Below are positions 20,439 to 31,417 of a DNA stretch of 64,000 nucleotides, one piece after another. Position 1 is the first letter of the stretch; each line of letters opens with the position of its first letter. The DNA is from a candidate division WS6 bacterium OLB20. Lineage in GTDB: Bacteria; Patescibacteriota; Dojkabacteria; B142; OLB20. Made by a program: the position numbers and the translations under genes. Location: NCBI GenBank assembly GCA_001567355.1, contig JYNZ01000002.1:135477-199476 (forward strand), given 5' to 3'. The notes below the pieces were generated by a model. It was given only the letters and a program-made list of their open reading frames with translations, made no database searches and was not told where the DNA came from.

Positions 20439-21038
20439 CTAAGGGAAATCCGGCAGGACGATGTGATGAGTACCGATCAGCTGTTCGGGTTTGTCATCAA
20501 GGTTGACGATATACTCATCACTGAATCCCTCTCTCCCGCGCACATCATCAAAAAACATCTGTGAGGTCACAATTTCGCGTCCGTCAGCAAATACTTTGAA
20601 ATGAATGTGTGGAGGCCGGTACCCCGTTCCCTCGCCGTATCCTCGTGGCATGACCGTCTCAAATTCATAGTTGCCTTCTGCATCAGCAGTAACCTGACCA
20701 CGGTACCACTCATCTTCATAGCTGCCGGATTCGTTGGCCTGCCATATATCAATGACAGCACCTGGTACCGAACGGCTGCAGTCTGAAGACAACACTACGC
20801 CTTTAATGATCATGGGTTTACCCTCGGTCCCGGCTGGAACGATCCTCGTCCTGAATGGTGAGTCCGGTTTGTAGTAGGGACCGCCGCCATCACGAAACGC
20901 AGGCAGGCACGAACTCATCACAGGCAGTGTCTGTCTGCCACTAACAAGTGTAAGAAAGAGTATTACAGCGCATGCTCCAGAAACTGCAGAGAGTATTAAC
21001 AGTCTGCTGTAAGTTGTGGTTGAGAGTGTCAGATTCAT
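20439..21038 (-). CDS. secreted intradiol ring-cleavage dioxygenase-like protein
   Basis: A signal peptide is present. GYRPPHIHFKV matches the intradiol dioxygenase (PF00775) iron-ligand motif. Confidence 0.5.
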   Translation of the reverse strand: MNLTLSTTTYSRLLILSAVSGACAVILFLTLVSGRQTLPVMSSCLPAFRDGGGPYYKPDSPFRTRIVPAGTEGKPMIIKGVVLSSDCSRSVPGAVIDIWQANESGSYEDEWYRGQVTADAEGNYEFETVMPRGYGEGTGYRPPHIHFKVFADGREIVTSQMFFDDVRGREGFSDEYIVNLDDKPEQLIGTHHIVLPDFP

Positions 21039-21069
21039 TTACTACAACCATAGCATACTTATGGCAGTG

Positions 21070-21795
21070 TCAGGAGTCAACAGAGCCTTTCTGGCTGAGT
21101 TTCTTTTTCAGTTCCATCATCTTAAGCTCACGACCGATCATTACATCATTGGTACGTTCCAGCTCGGTAACTTTCTGTTCAAGCTGACCCTTTGTGGTTT
21201 CAAGTTCACGCATATGCTTGCTCAATGTCCGGTTTGCACTTCGCAGGGCTTCAGATTTCTCGATCAGGTGACGGTTGGTAAACTCCCAGGCCTTATTCAG
21301 CAGCAGCGAAATAAGTGCTACCGACAGAAAGCTGATGACATACACAGTGTACTGATTGATGTCGTATGTGAATGCGCCAGGTATATACTGCGAGGCAACC
21401 ATGTAGACCATTGTATATGAAAGGTAGATGAGGATGACACCAACAGCTGCACGTGCTGGAGCGACAAACATGACAACAGGCGGCATGACATATGTCCAGA
21501 GAATTGCATACCCGTTGATACCACCTGTCGAGAAATCGTACACCATGAGCGCTGTAAGCACGGCAACCCCCACTGTCGAGTTTAGGGCAAAGCTCTTACG
21601 GACCATCAGATCAATAAAGAGCATAAGTGCAGCAAGGCAGCTGACTCCATTGACGAGAAAAACGGACAGGGATCCTGAACTCAGACCAAGCAGGGAATAA
21701 AAAAACAGCGTTACCACCGACAGTCCCAGGAAGATAGAGTAGACGCGCTGTTTTATCTCAAAAACTGTTTTTGCGGACAGAATCCAGGTGAGCAT
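21070..21795 (-). CDS. polytopic (about 6-7 TM) membrane sensor module ending in a signalling-helix coiled coil, with no output domain
   Basis: TM helices are followed by TELERTNDVMIGRELKMMELKKKLSQ. This contains the S-helix ERT motif and is paralogous to the C-terminus of the 5475..5957 protein. Confidence 0.55.
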   Translation of the reverse strand: MLTWILSAKTVFEIKQRVYSIFLGLSVVTLFFYSLLGLSSGSLSVFLVNGVSCLAALMLFIDLMVRKSFALNSTVGVAVLTALMVYDFSTGGINGYAILWTYVMPPVVMFVAPARAAVGVILIYLSYTMVYMVASQYIPGAFTYDINQYTVYVISFLSVALISLLLNKAWEFTNRHLIEKSEALRSANRTLSKHMRELETTKGQLEQKVTELERTNDVMIGRELKMMELKKKLSQKGSVDS

Positions 21796-21810
21796 GAGCA
21801 GTCAGAATCA

Positions 21811-22485
21811 TCACGTTTTACCGGAACCGCTGTATTTGCTGATAACCGCATCAACAACAGCATCCCAGTTTTTACATGATATCACTTCGGCTGAGGAGTT
21901 GACAGTATCACTGTAATCATAGAGAAAAACGGTTCCTGTATAAGCTTCATCGAGTTTTTCCACGAGACCGGGATTGTCATCAATGATCCCTACGACATGA
22001 TCCTGAATGTGTGACAGCACTGCTGCCTTCCAGGTATTACCCTGCTGAGGGACAACATAGGGTGGTCTTGTAATGAGTGGCACTTCAGGAAAGCCGTGCA
22101 TGGTGAGCCATGTCCGTGTACCATCCTGCACGCTGTCAGGTCTGGCAGTAAGATAGGCAACAACAGGGATAGTCTCGTTGATCTTATTAACACCCTCAGT
22201 AGCACCTTTGATCACAGGAAGCTCCTCCTGAACCTGATTTGAATGCAGCTGAACAGCTATCCATTCATCCACCTCCGGTGTCTGCCAGTATGGAACATGA
22301 TATGAATACCGGTACTTGCGGATCATGTCTTCTACAGACAGATCTTCAGGATTGCCGAAGAGTGTCTGCATCCTGCTGAACCAGTAAAGTACCGTGTGTG
22401 AGAGTGTCTCGTCAATGTCAAGGGCTATTCCCCTTGTCCCGGACTGCTTCAGTGAACTGTGAAGAGATGTGATGTCGCTCAGCAT
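21811..22485 (-). CDS. HAD-superfamily hydrolase
   Basis: The DIDETL sequence is HAD motif I (DxDxT) and IIDDNP is a motif III/IV-like segment. The start was chosen at the internal ATG (22485). Confidence 0.45.
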   Translation of the reverse strand: MLSDITSLHSSLKQSGTRGIALDIDETLSHTVLYWFSRMQTLFGNPEDLSVEDMIRKYRYSYHVPYWQTPEVDEWIAVQLHSNQVQEELPVIKGATEGVNKINETIPVVAYLTARPDSVQDGTRTWLTMHGFPEVPLITRPPYVVPQQGNTWKAAVLSHIQDHVVGIIDDNPGLVEKLDEAYTGTVFLYDYSDTVNSSAEVISCKNWDAVVDAVISKYSGSGKT

Positions 22486-22689
22486 TAATACAATGTGGGA
22501 ATACTTGCAAAAAACGTACACAGAGTACACAGACTGCAGAACATGAAAACCATAAGACAGCATGCGGTAACAGCGCCGACAGTACCAACTCCCAGAGCAG
22601 CGGCGATACCGGAAGATTTTGTGCTTTTGCCAGTCATGATCTCTTTGTTAAATCTGTCAGACTATACAACCGCAATCTGTTTTATGCAA

Positions 22690-23094
22690 TCAGCTGACCT
22701 CCAGCGTATAGTCCCTTGTATGGCTTCTGCCGTCGGGAGTTGTTACCTGCACCTGAACGAGGTATGTTCCCGGTTCTGCAGGTGAGATACCCTGCAGGTC
22801 GCACTGCAGGACAGTCTCTTCGGATGTTCTGCAATCCGTCAGCGCTATCCACGGGGGACCAGCCACAATGCTCATGGACATATTCTCATCCACAGAACTC
22901 TGTGCCGATACCGTAAGGGCAAAAGACTGATTGACGTTAAGACTGACCGGATTTGATGCACGTAACTGCGGGGCACGGCTGAGAAGGGCGTCTGACATAA
23001 AAGAAGCTGGTACAGAGGTCCAGGTGAGTACTGACCACAGAACAAGAAATGCGGTAATGACAAAGGCTCCGGCAAACAGTCTCAGATTTTGCAT
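22690..23094 (-). CDS. secreted hypothetical protein
   Basis: 134 aa with an N-terminal signal/TM. Confidence 0.4.
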   Translation of the reverse strand: MQNLRLFAGAFVITAFLVLWSVLTWTSVPASFMSDALLSRAPQLRASNPVSLNVNQSFALTVSAQSSVDENMSMSIVAGPPWIALTDCRTSEETVLQCDLQGISPAEPGTYLVQVQVTTPDGRSHTRDYTLEVS

Positions 23095-23182
23095 GCTGTA
23101 TGAGTGCTACTGATGACAGTATACACAATAACAGACCCATACGCCTCATATCTGCTTTACACTGGTTACAGGTGTCCATATA

Positions 23183-25033
23183 ATGGGTTATTCAGGATAT
23201 TCTCTTATGCAATTTGATTTTCAACGCGTTGCAGCTTCCGTCTTTGCTTCATCATTAAGTCTTCTGCTCGCAGCAGGTACGTGGGGGTTACTGACACACT
23301 TGAGTTATGAACAGACAGCAGTTACTGTCTCGAATCAATCCGTGTCAGCACAGGACGAGCAGGAAGTCCTTGGTTATTCAACAACCGTAAATACCGCCCC
23401 GGAGGTATTTACTGTTATCGCAGAAGTCCCGCAACTGACCAAGAACAGGACACTGGCTTTGTTCGGATCCCGTCAGTCTTATACAAGTATACGTATCAAG
23501 GTAAATGGCACTGCACAGGCTGATGCCGGCAACTTCACAGAAGGTACAACATGGGAGGCAGGTATTTCACTTGCCGAGGGAAGAAACGTCGTCTACCTTG
23601 AGGCTGTGGATGGCCAGGGGCTTAAACTGGCAAGCAAAGAGGTCGTTGTCGAACTTGATACGAAGCGTCCATCCTGCTCACTCAATTACCCGCCGCAACC
23701 TGCAGGTGTTGGTGTCTACAGGATCAGTCTCAGCTGCTCTGAGGCGATTAATCCTCAGCCGAAGATATACATCAATCAGCCCGGTTCTGTTGATGTTTAT
23801 GCCGCACTGATGAATGGTTCGGGAGCCAACTGGTTTTTTGATTATTACGTCAGACAGGCAAACGGTCAGGAGTATCTTGATGGCACGGCACAGGTAGAGG
23901 TCGTCACAAACAGTGATTTCGCCGGTAATCCGCTTGAACCGATAACCAACACTACATTTCAGATAAAAACCGGAAACACATCTACCGCTCCCACAGTAAC
24001 GGCAACACCTAAGCCGGACGCAACAAGGCCTGTTGTCCTTCTGCCCGAGACAGGCGAAGATGACGCACAGACCAATACAGAAAACAACGAGCAGAATTCG
24101 ACCGTTCTGCCGAAGGTAACTATCAACAGTCTTTCCTATCTCAATAGAGAAGCATCTTACCGCAACGGATCAGTACTTCAGCTTGTTGTTGAATACTCCG
24201 GAGATCAGAACTTCGGGCTGGATGCCAAGCTTGAGGAATATTCCTACATCGGAAAGTCGATCCAGACAATCAACAACGGAGTCGTAGCTGATTTCTCCTC
24301 AATTGACAGTAACTTTGCTGATCGTCCTGTCCGTGTATCTGCACGGCGTGCGATCGGTGATGACAGATATGCACGTGTTATCAGGTACCATATCAGCTCT
24401 GACAGCACCCTGCAGCTGCCGCTAAGTGCCAGCATCCGCCTGTCATACAGGCTTAACGGCGAGGTAGTTGCACAGGCTGTTCCGCTTTCGGTACGGATTG
24501 TCCCTGACAGCCAGGCTGTCATGCGCGTCGAGAAAATGAACGAAGTCGATATCGATACGTCCGAACCCATCGAGATGTCTACAGAGGTGCTCGCAAATGA
24601 GGGCTATACTCTGCGCGGGACGGGTATTCCGAGTGCGCGGGTAAGCATCCTTATCTACTCTGACCCGGTGACCGCTGAGGCTGTAACCGATGATCAGGGC
24701 AACTGGGAGTATACAATTACCCAGGAGCTGACGCCAGGTGATCACACTGTGTATGCAGCATTGATTGACTCGAATGGTGTGCCACAGGACTATGTTGAGG
24801 TACTCAGCTTTACAGTCGTTTCACCTGTAGTGGCTCTTGAAGTAGCGGCAGATGACGGATCGGTTACTGAAGCTGGCGATGTATCAGTGGCAGACGTATC
24901 AGATACTGTCACCGAAAGCAGCCCGCTCAGGGTCATAGTTTACATACTCATAGCAGCGGCCGTTGTCTCTGGCCTTCTGCTGATTGCATTCAGAATGAGA
25001 TCTGCCCCACATGACAGGATTTTTACGCAATAG
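23183..25033 (+). CDS. 616-aa surface protein with an N-terminal signal and a C-terminal TM anchor
   Basis: An N-terminal hydrophobic segment and Ig-like beta-rich repeats. The C-terminus reads SSPLRVIVYILIAAAVVSGLLLIAFRMRS. Confidence 0.5.
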   Translation: MGYSGYSLMQFDFQRVAASVFASSLSLLLAAGTWGLLTHLSYEQTAVTVSNQSVSAQDEQEVLGYSTTVNTAPEVFTVIAEVPQLTKNRTLALFGSRQSYTSIRIKVNGTAQADAGNFTEGTTWEAGISLAEGRNVVYLEAVDGQGLKLASKEVVVELDTKRPSCSLNYPPQPAGVGVYRISLSCSEAINPQPKIYINQPGSVDVYAALMNGSGANWFFDYYVRQANGQEYLDGTAQVEVVTNSDFAGNPLEPITNTTFQIKTGNTSTAPTVTATPKPDATRPVVLLPETGEDDAQTNTENNEQNSTVLPKVTINSLSYLNREASYRNGSVLQLVVEYSGDQNFGLDAKLEEYSYIGKSIQTINNGVVADFSSIDSNFADRPVRVSARRAIGDDRYARVIRYHISSDSTLQLPLSASIRLSYRLNGEVVAQAVPLSVRIVPDSQAVMRVEKMNEVDIDTSEPIEMSTEVLANEGYTLRGTGIPSARVSILIYSDPVTAEAVTDDQGNWEYTITQELTPGDHTVYAALIDSNGVPQDYVEVLSFTVVSPVVALEVAADDGSVTEAGDVSVADVSDTVTESSPLRVIVYILIAAAVVSGLLLIAFRMRSAPHDRIFTQ

Positions 25034-26404
25034 GGGATCGCTCCTGATTGCAGCCATTGCTGCAGTTGCTGTCGCAGGTATACTCATTTTCGCCGGCTGG
25101 GTAAACGCAACCCAGTCAGAAGCCCTGTCTGTATTCGCATCAGCCCTGCAGCAGCGCCAGGCTGTACTTACAGGCAGCACCGTTGCAACCCTTATCGATC
25201 CGGCAGGAGATACAGACACGCTGCAGGCAGAACTGGTCAGCGTACAAAGCAGGTTCCCTGAAGTAGCGAGTCTGGCAGTCCTTCTTCCGGAGCAGGGTAA
25301 ATTCAGAGTCATTGCCAGTACAGAGTCTGATGATATCGGCACGGTTGTCAGTAACGATCAGTATTCCCGGGCATATTCCGAAGAACAGACTATTACGTTT
25401 CAGCGTCAGACGCAGTCCAGAGATGCAAGCGGTCAGGAACAGAAGAGTATTCGGATCATTCCTGTTATACCGGTAAAAGCCTCTGACGGGACTGTGATTT
25501 CGCTGCTTGAGATCGGATTTGATACAAGCGAAGTAAGTGCTCTCGTCTCCGTTATAAGCAGTAATTCGATTGTATTTATCAATCTGTTTGCAGTATTTAC
25601 GGCAGGATTAATACTCCTTGCTGCTGCTGCTGTGATCCAGCGCAGAACAGGAGAAACGCACACGCGTGAGCAGCTTGAGCATAAGGATGAATTACTTGCC
25701 TCAGCAGCGCATGATCTCGGGGGGCCCCTGATCGGTATCAGACTTGATGTTGAAGAATTACAGGCTCTGCTTCCTGATAACCAGGATGCCCAGCGTCTCT
25801 TAAAGGAGATACATGATACCGTTCAGTATGAGTCAAACTTCCTGCAGGATCTGCTGATTGTGTCCAGATTCGAACGCGGTAAGGAACAGGTGTTTCCGCG
25901 TCCGGTATTTCTGCAGGAAACATTCTCAAGACTGATTGAAGATTATAAACCCCGGGCACAGGAAAAAGGTCTGCAGCTTGAGCTGACAACTCCTGTAGAT
26001 AATCTGCCCAAGGTGATTGCGGATCCCGACAAGATCGGTGAGGTATTTATGAACTACCTGTCCAATGCAATCAAGTATTCGGACAAGGGGACAGTCAGTG
26101 TCGCAGTCGAAGTTAAATCGCCGGCCAGAAATCATTTGTCGTTGTTGCGGTCAAGGACCAGGGAGTAGGAATTGCGCAGGAGGACATTCCCAAGCTGTTC
26201 AGGAGTTTTTCCCGTGTTGGCGAAACAAAAAAGACCCATCAGGGAACAGGTCTCGGTCTCTATATCGTAAAGCAGATAATCGAAGCCCATGGTGGTCAGG
26301 TGTCTGTCACAAGCACTCCAGGACAGGGATCAACATTCTTCTTCTCTATTCCCGTCCCTGGCCAGGCACTTATCGCAAGCGAGGAACGTAAACTCAAGAA
26401 GTAG
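25011..26404 (+). CDS. sensor histidine kinase, interrupted by a frameshift near 26125
   Basis: Two TMs, an H-box LASAAHDLGGPL and an N-box NYLSNAIKYS. After the stop at 26168, the D/G boxes (FVVVAVKDQGVGIAQEDIPKLF...GTGLGLYIVKQII) continue in another frame to a stop at 26404. Confidence 0.75.
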
Positions 26405-27503
26405 GCTTTTTTGAGTGAACTGAAGGATCAGCATGTCTGCCTTCAATAAACATCTTGTTTACCCTGTAGAGAGCAACAATAAACAGAGACTCTGACCATC
26501 CGAGCGGTGTGTTTTCGTTATACTCAGGCGAATTTGAGAAGTAAAGCTCCGGAATGCCCCGTTCGGTATCCAGCGCTGTAAGCGTATCAAGAAACTGCTG
26601 TGCTTTTTCATGGTCTCCGCGCTGTTCGTGAATGATCGCAAGCCAGGCAAGTCCAAATGTCCATTCAGCTTCTTCACTGTAACCGTCCTGATTACGGTTA
26701 TAGTAGTAATCGTTTTTATACCGTATCACCCCGCGTTCACGCAGCAGATGATATTCAAGGTGTTCCAGAATCTGATCAGCCTGTTCCTTAGTGACCACGT
26801 TGTAAGGGTAAATCAGTGACAGTTGCGCAAGATCAACAAACTTCCCCTGTGACTCGCGGGGCAGGAGTGTATTCAGCGCATCCTCCCCCTTACTGATAAG
26901 CTCGGGATCAACCTCGATCTGCTTCAGCCGGGCAACACTTTTCAGGCCGGCAACGCATGCACCGACTGAAGATGCGTGTACCTCCTCGTTTTCCTCCCAC
27001 ATCCCGCTGTCGCGGTCATGCCAGTATTCGATACTTGCAAGATAGCGGACAAGCTTCTCTGTTATACGGATATGATCATCAGACTCGAGGATCGAGCCTG
27101 CTTTACGCGATTCGATTTCGCCAATCTGATAAAGAATCGCGCCTATGCTGTCGTTTTGTTTATTTCCCCATTCCTCCCAGAATTCTTCGAATGTCTCGGG
27201 ATGAAACCGCGCATGAATATATTCGTGACGGTATGAGGGTTTGTTTGCTATCGCCCAGTCAATTTTTGATTCGTGCTTGAGAAAGATGCTGAGAACGGCG
27301 TCATAAGTCTTCTCAACAGTGTCCCAGTCTCCAAGCACTTCAAACGCAAGGCATTCGTAAAAATTATCACGCAACCATGATTTATCGTATCCGGTTGATA
27401 CTTCTTTACTTGAGGCTGCAAAAAGACCCGAAGCATACTGGAGATCAGACAGAATCTTCAGATGCTGGTCCATCAGTTCCTGGTAGTTGAGTTTTGCGTC
27501 CAT
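26394..27503 (-). CDS. glycoside hydrolase family 15-like (glucoamylase/trehalase-related) protein
   Basis: SWLRDNFYE matches the GH15 WxRD signature, within an alpha/alpha-toroid-like length of 369 aa. Confidence 0.5.
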   Translation of the reverse strand: MDAKLNYQELMDQHLKILSDLQYASGLFAASSKEVSTGYDKSWLRDNFYECLAFEVLGDWDTVEKTYDAVLSIFLKHESKIDWAIANKPSYRHEYIHARFHPETFEEFWEEWGNKQNDSIGAILYQIGEIESRKAGSILESDDHIRITEKLVRYLASIEYWHDRDSGMWEENEEVHASSVGACVAGLKSVARLKQIEVDPELISKGEDALNTLLPRESQGKFVDLAQLSLIYPYNVVTKEQADQILEHLEYHLLRERGVIRYKNDYYYNRNQDGYSEEAEWTFGLAWLAIIHEQRGDHEKAQQFLDTLTALDTERGIPELYFSNSPEYNENTPLGWSESLFIVALYRVNKMFIEGRHADPSVHSKKPTS

Positions 27504-27546
27504 AGTGATTTATTGCCGTAATAGTTCTATAGTACACAATGTGATC

Positions 27547-28623
27547 ATGGCTGCAAACACTCCACAATATGACTATGCCTTTGCAGGTACTGGTGCTGCT
27601 GCAGCCATAACATACTCTATTCTCAATAAACACAATCCACATTCTTCATTTCTGCTTGTTGATAAACAGAACAGACCGGCCCGGCATGCTGCTGCCTTCT
27701 GGCACACAAGCAATGCCACACCGTTACCTGCGCTTCACACCTGGGATCGCTATGCTGTTGTTGATTCGAGCGGCCAGAGACATATAAAGCAGCTGAACAG
27801 ATTTGCATACAGTATGCACTGGAGCGATGAGATGATCAGTCAGCTTCTTAAAGGGGTCTCTGTAGTGCACGCACGGGTTGAGTCAGCTGATGCAACACAA
27901 GTCATCTCGGCAGGTCAGTCCTGGAACGCGAGGCATGTTTTTGACTCACGCTGGAAGCGTTCAGGCTTCTGTCAGCTTTTCAGCGGCAGACATCTTAAAC
28001 TTGAGCGGCCACACAGTATACATGAACCGGTACTGATGGATTTTACCCTTCCAGTCAGGGATAACGTAGTCCTTGGGTACCAGTTGCCCGTAGCGTCTGA
28101 TGAGATCCTGATCGAAGTAGTAAGTTTTGGAGCCGTTGCTGATATTGACGGAATTCTCGATAGCTATATAGCGAGCCAGGGTCTCACGGGCAGCACGCTC
28201 CTGCATGAACGCGGTCTGACACCGCTGCGTCTGTTCAGGCATCAACCGGGCAGGATCGGAATCAGCGGTACTGTTGTGCGTGCAAGCAACGGTTACGGTC
28301 TGCCATACTTTCTTCGTGACGCACAATTGATAGCCGCTGGTAAACGGTATTACCGCCCGCTGCTATACAACCTGAGCGATCTGATACTGCTCAACATGGT
28401 AAAGCGTCACCCTGTCAGAGCTCATAAGCTGCTGAACCGGCTAGTCTCACGTCTCAGCGGAGACGATCTGATCGCATTTCTTGATGAAACAATGTCTGTC
28501 AGCGCACTGCCCAGGTTTGTATCTGCCATGTCACCGGTTGCCATGCTGCGGTATACTGCTGTTAATCTGTTACAGATATTCAATGAGTACAAAAAACAAA
28601 CGGGTGATTCTGCTGATACTTGA
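27547..28623 (+). CDS. lycopene cyclase family (CrtY/CrtL-like) FAD-dependent protein
   Basis: An N-terminal dinucleotide fold YDYAFAGTGAAAAITYSIL. Downstream blocks (FDSRWKRSG, PVLMDFTLP...LIEVVSF, GTVVRASNGYGLPYFL) are collinear with CrtY. Confidence 0.5.
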   Translation: MAANTPQYDYAFAGTGAAAAITYSILNKHNPHSSFLLVDKQNRPARHAAAFWHTSNATPLPALHTWDRYAVVDSSGQRHIKQLNRFAYSMHWSDEMISQLLKGVSVVHARVESADATQVISAGQSWNARHVFDSRWKRSGFCQLFSGRHLKLERPHSIHEPVLMDFTLPVRDNVVLGYQLPVASDEILIEVVSFGAVADIDGILDSYIASQGLTGSTLLHERGLTPLRLFRHQPGRIGISGTVVRASNGYGLPYFLRDAQLIAAGKRYYRPLLYNLSDLILLNMVKRHPVRAHKLLNRLVSRLSGDDLIAFLDETMSVSALPRFVSAMSPVAMLRYTAVNLLQIFNEYKKQTGDSADT

Positions 28624-30106
28624 CGGCTGGGGGCTTGCTGATCCGGATAAGTTCAATGCTATTGATAATGCAGATACACCAAATTTTGACCGCCTTGTAC
28701 GGGACTATCCGAATACAAGACTTAAATCTGATGGAGAAGCTGTAGGCCTGTCAGAAGGACAGTTCGGCACCTCGGAGATCAATCATCTGACAATCGGGGC
28801 CGGCAGAGTCATCCTGCAGGACCTGCCGCGTATCAACAACGCCATAAAAGATGAGAGCTTCTACGGCAACAGGGTACTGCATCAGCTTGCAGATAATTGT
28901 GAGACAAACAATTCTGCTGTACATCTGCTTGGTATTGTGAGCGACGGCGGTGTTCATGCTCACACGGAACACATCTTCGCAATCCTTAATCTGCTTGAAA
29001 AACGTTCGTTCAGCAGACCGGTGTTCATCCATGCGTTTTCTGACGGCAGGGATGTACCGCCAAGATCGGTTACAGATTACCTGCATGCTCTGGATAAACG
29101 GATTTCTAAAAGTAAACTTGATGCAAGACTGGCTACTCTACAGGGACGCTGGCTGCTGGACCGTGACCGTGACTGGGATAAGACAGCTAAAGCAGCAGCA
29201 ACGATTCTTGATGCAGAAGGCAACAACGTCAGCAACTGGGAGGCTGCAGTCAATCTGGAATACAACCGCGGAACATCAGATGAGTTTTTTGAGCGCTTTA
29301 TTTTTGGAGACTACGGTGGGGTTGCAAAGCATGACAGTATTTTCTTCTTTCATTACCGCACTGACAGGCAGTATCAGCTGACAAGCAGACTGCTTGAAGA
29401 GCGTGCACGCAGTCTGGTGATGGGATCATTTGTCAGGTCGAGTGACACGTTCAGCGATCTTCTGGTGGCGTTTCCGCGCGAGGACGTATCAGACACACTT
29501 GCAGAAGTGCTCGCCCGTGAAGGCAAAACCCAGCTGCATGTTACTGAGACTGAAAAATACCCGCATCTGACATTCTTCTTTAACGGTGAACGTGAAGCCG
29601 AGCTGCAAGGCGAGACCTGGAAAATGTTTGAATCCAACCGCTTTGTAAAACCGCATTACAACTTTGAGCCGTCAATGCAGAACTTCAGGATCACCAAACA
29701 TATTATCGAAGCTATTCAGTCAGACAGTCATGATTTCATCGTAGCGAATCTTGCCAGCGCTGATATGGTAGGACATACGGGTAACTACGAGGCTGCAGTG
29801 ATATCAGCTGAGTCCGTTGATCTGTGTCTTGGTAAAATTGCCGATGCTCTGGCTGACAGGCTGGATGACTATGTTCTGATGGTGACAGCTGATCACGGAA
29901 ACTCAGAGATAATGTGGGATTACGAACATGAGCAGCCTCATACACAACATACTCTGTCACCTGTTCCGTTTATTCTTGTCACAAACGGTTCCTACAAGCT
30001 GTACAGACGTGAGTCGCTTACGGATATCGCACCTACTGTTCTTGCCTTCATGGGCGTAAAAAAGCCGGGCATTATGACAGGGGAGAATCTTGTGATTACA
30101 GACTGA
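28583..30106 (+). CDS. gpmI: 2,3-bisphosphoglycerate-independent phosphoglycerate mutase
   Basis: MSTKNKRVILLILDGWG...NADTPNFD...GTSEINHLTIGAGR...IVSDGGVHAH...ADHGN are hallmark iPGM motifs. It overlaps the upstream gene by 41 nt. Confidence 0.9.
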   Translation: MSTKNKRVILLILDGWGLADPDKFNAIDNADTPNFDRLVRDYPNTRLKSDGEAVGLSEGQFGTSEINHLTIGAGRVILQDLPRINNAIKDESFYGNRVLHQLADNCETNNSAVHLLGIVSDGGVHAHTEHIFAILNLLEKRSFSRPVFIHAFSDGRDVPPRSVTDYLHALDKRISKSKLDARLATLQGRWLLDRDRDWDKTAKAAATILDAEGNNVSNWEAAVNLEYNRGTSDEFFERFIFGDYGGVAKHDSIFFFHYRTDRQYQLTSRLLEERARSLVMGSFVRSSDTFSDLLVAFPREDVSDTLAEVLAREGKTQLHVTETEKYPHLTFFFNGEREAELQGETWKMFESNRFVKPHYNFEPSMQNFRITKHIIEAIQSDSHDFIVANLASADMVGHTGNYEAAVISAESVDLCLGKIADALADRLDDYVLMVTADHGNSEIMWDYEHEQPHTQHTLSPVPFILVTNGSYKLYRRESLTDIAPTVLAFMGVKKPGIMTGENLVITD

Positions 30107-30682
30107 TCAGGTGTTGTCCTCGCCTTCAAGCGAAGTCGCCTGCTGCATCAGCTCTGAAACGTAATTGCCGGTAGCGCGGTACTTCTGAGTGGCAAGCCGG
30201 ACCTGGTCGGCAAGTTCTGTGTCCTTGCGGTCCCGCCTGATTTCATCAAATACAAGCATGTGAACGTTCATCATTCCCTCGTATCTGCCTGCCAGCCAGT
30301 ACTCATTTTCTTGCGGAGCATAGTAGCGGTCTTTGGCGTTATCAAAGGCTGTCCATAGCCTGTCCTGTTGTGTCTGAAGCTCTTTTGCCGCCTCTAGCAG
30401 ATTCGGATCGTCAGGATTCCGGCTATACATTGATTTAAACTCAATGAAGCGTTCCTCCTGCACTTCAATCTCAAACCGGGCATCACCGACAGCACCTTTG
30501 GGCAGAGTACGCCTTACCGTTTCAAATGTTCTGTCCAGCCCATACAGTGAAGAACCCGGTTCAGCCTGGTCAGCAGAGCGGTCAATAAAGTATCCTCCGA
30601 CAAAAATGATAAACAGAGGTACAAACACCAGTGCTGCTGTCTTAAAGTTGATTGAGGCTATGTATGCCCGTATTTTCTGCAT
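30107..30682 (-). CDS. membrane-anchored hypothetical protein
   Basis: 191 aa with an N-terminal TM. It abuts the gpmI stop. Confidence 0.45.
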   Translation of the reverse strand: MQKIRAYIASINFKTAALVFVPLFIIFVGGYFIDRSADQAEPGSSLYGLDRTFETVRRTLPKGAVGDARFEIEVQEERFIEFKSMYSRNPDDPNLLEAAKELQTQQDRLWTAFDNAKDRYYAPQENEYWLAGRYEGMMNVHMLVFDEIRRDRKDTELADQVRLATQKYRATGNYVSELMQQATSLEGEDNT

Positions 30683-30743
30683 GCATCAAGTATACAGAAA
30701 CGCTGGAGCGCGCTGCAAGTCCTGTGATAGACTGATCTGTAAG

Positions 30744-31417
30744 ATGAACGTCAGACTGGAACAATCCTGGCTGTCACTGCTTGCAGAAGAGTTCAGCAAG
30801 CCCTATTTTGCCGGACTGGCAGATTTCATCCGCACCGAATATGCAACAGCCCGGGTGTTTCCGCATCCTAAAGCAATTTTTCGTGCCCTGGATACATGTC
30901 CTGTTGAAAACGTAAAGGTTGTCATACTTGGCCAGGATCCGTATCACAAAGTGAAGGCTATAATGCTGACGGACTGTCATTTTCGGTTAAAAAAGGTGAT
31001 CAGATTCCACCATCACTCGCCAATATCTTTAAAGAGCTTGCACAGGATACCGGAGACAGCATTCCGGATCACGGGGATTTAAGCGGATGGGCAGAGCAGG
31101 GAGTGCTTCTGCTGAACGCGACCCTGACTGTCAGAGCCGCCCAGGCAGGATCTCATCAGGGTCGGGGATGGGAGGAGTTTACAGATGCAGTCATACAGAA
31201 ACTTGCTGCACAGCGTGAACATCTGGTATTTATACTCTGGGGATCGTATGCTCGAAAAAAGGGCAGCTTTATAGACACATCAAAGCATCTTGTTATTGAG
31301 TCTGCACACCCCTCACCGTTTTCTGCGGACAAGGGATTTTTTGGCAGCAGGCCTTTCAGCAGAGCAAATGCATATCTGAAACAGCATTCTATTTCACCTG
31401 TTAACTGGCAGCTATGA
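30744..31417 (+). CDS. ung: uracil-DNA glycosylase (family 1), interrupted by a frameshift near 30950
   Basis: The N-terminal frame reaches [12 protein letters not shown]. The second frame continues [11 protein letters not shown]...[11 protein letters not shown]...[19 protein letters not shown]...[11 protein letters not shown]...[13 protein letters not shown]. Confidence 0.8.

Noticed and set aside
26065-26391. 108-aa ORF after the histidine-kinase stop
   Set aside because: It lies in the wrong frame. The true continuation of the kinase (D/G boxes) is in the third frame, and this ORF is a by-product of the frameshift.
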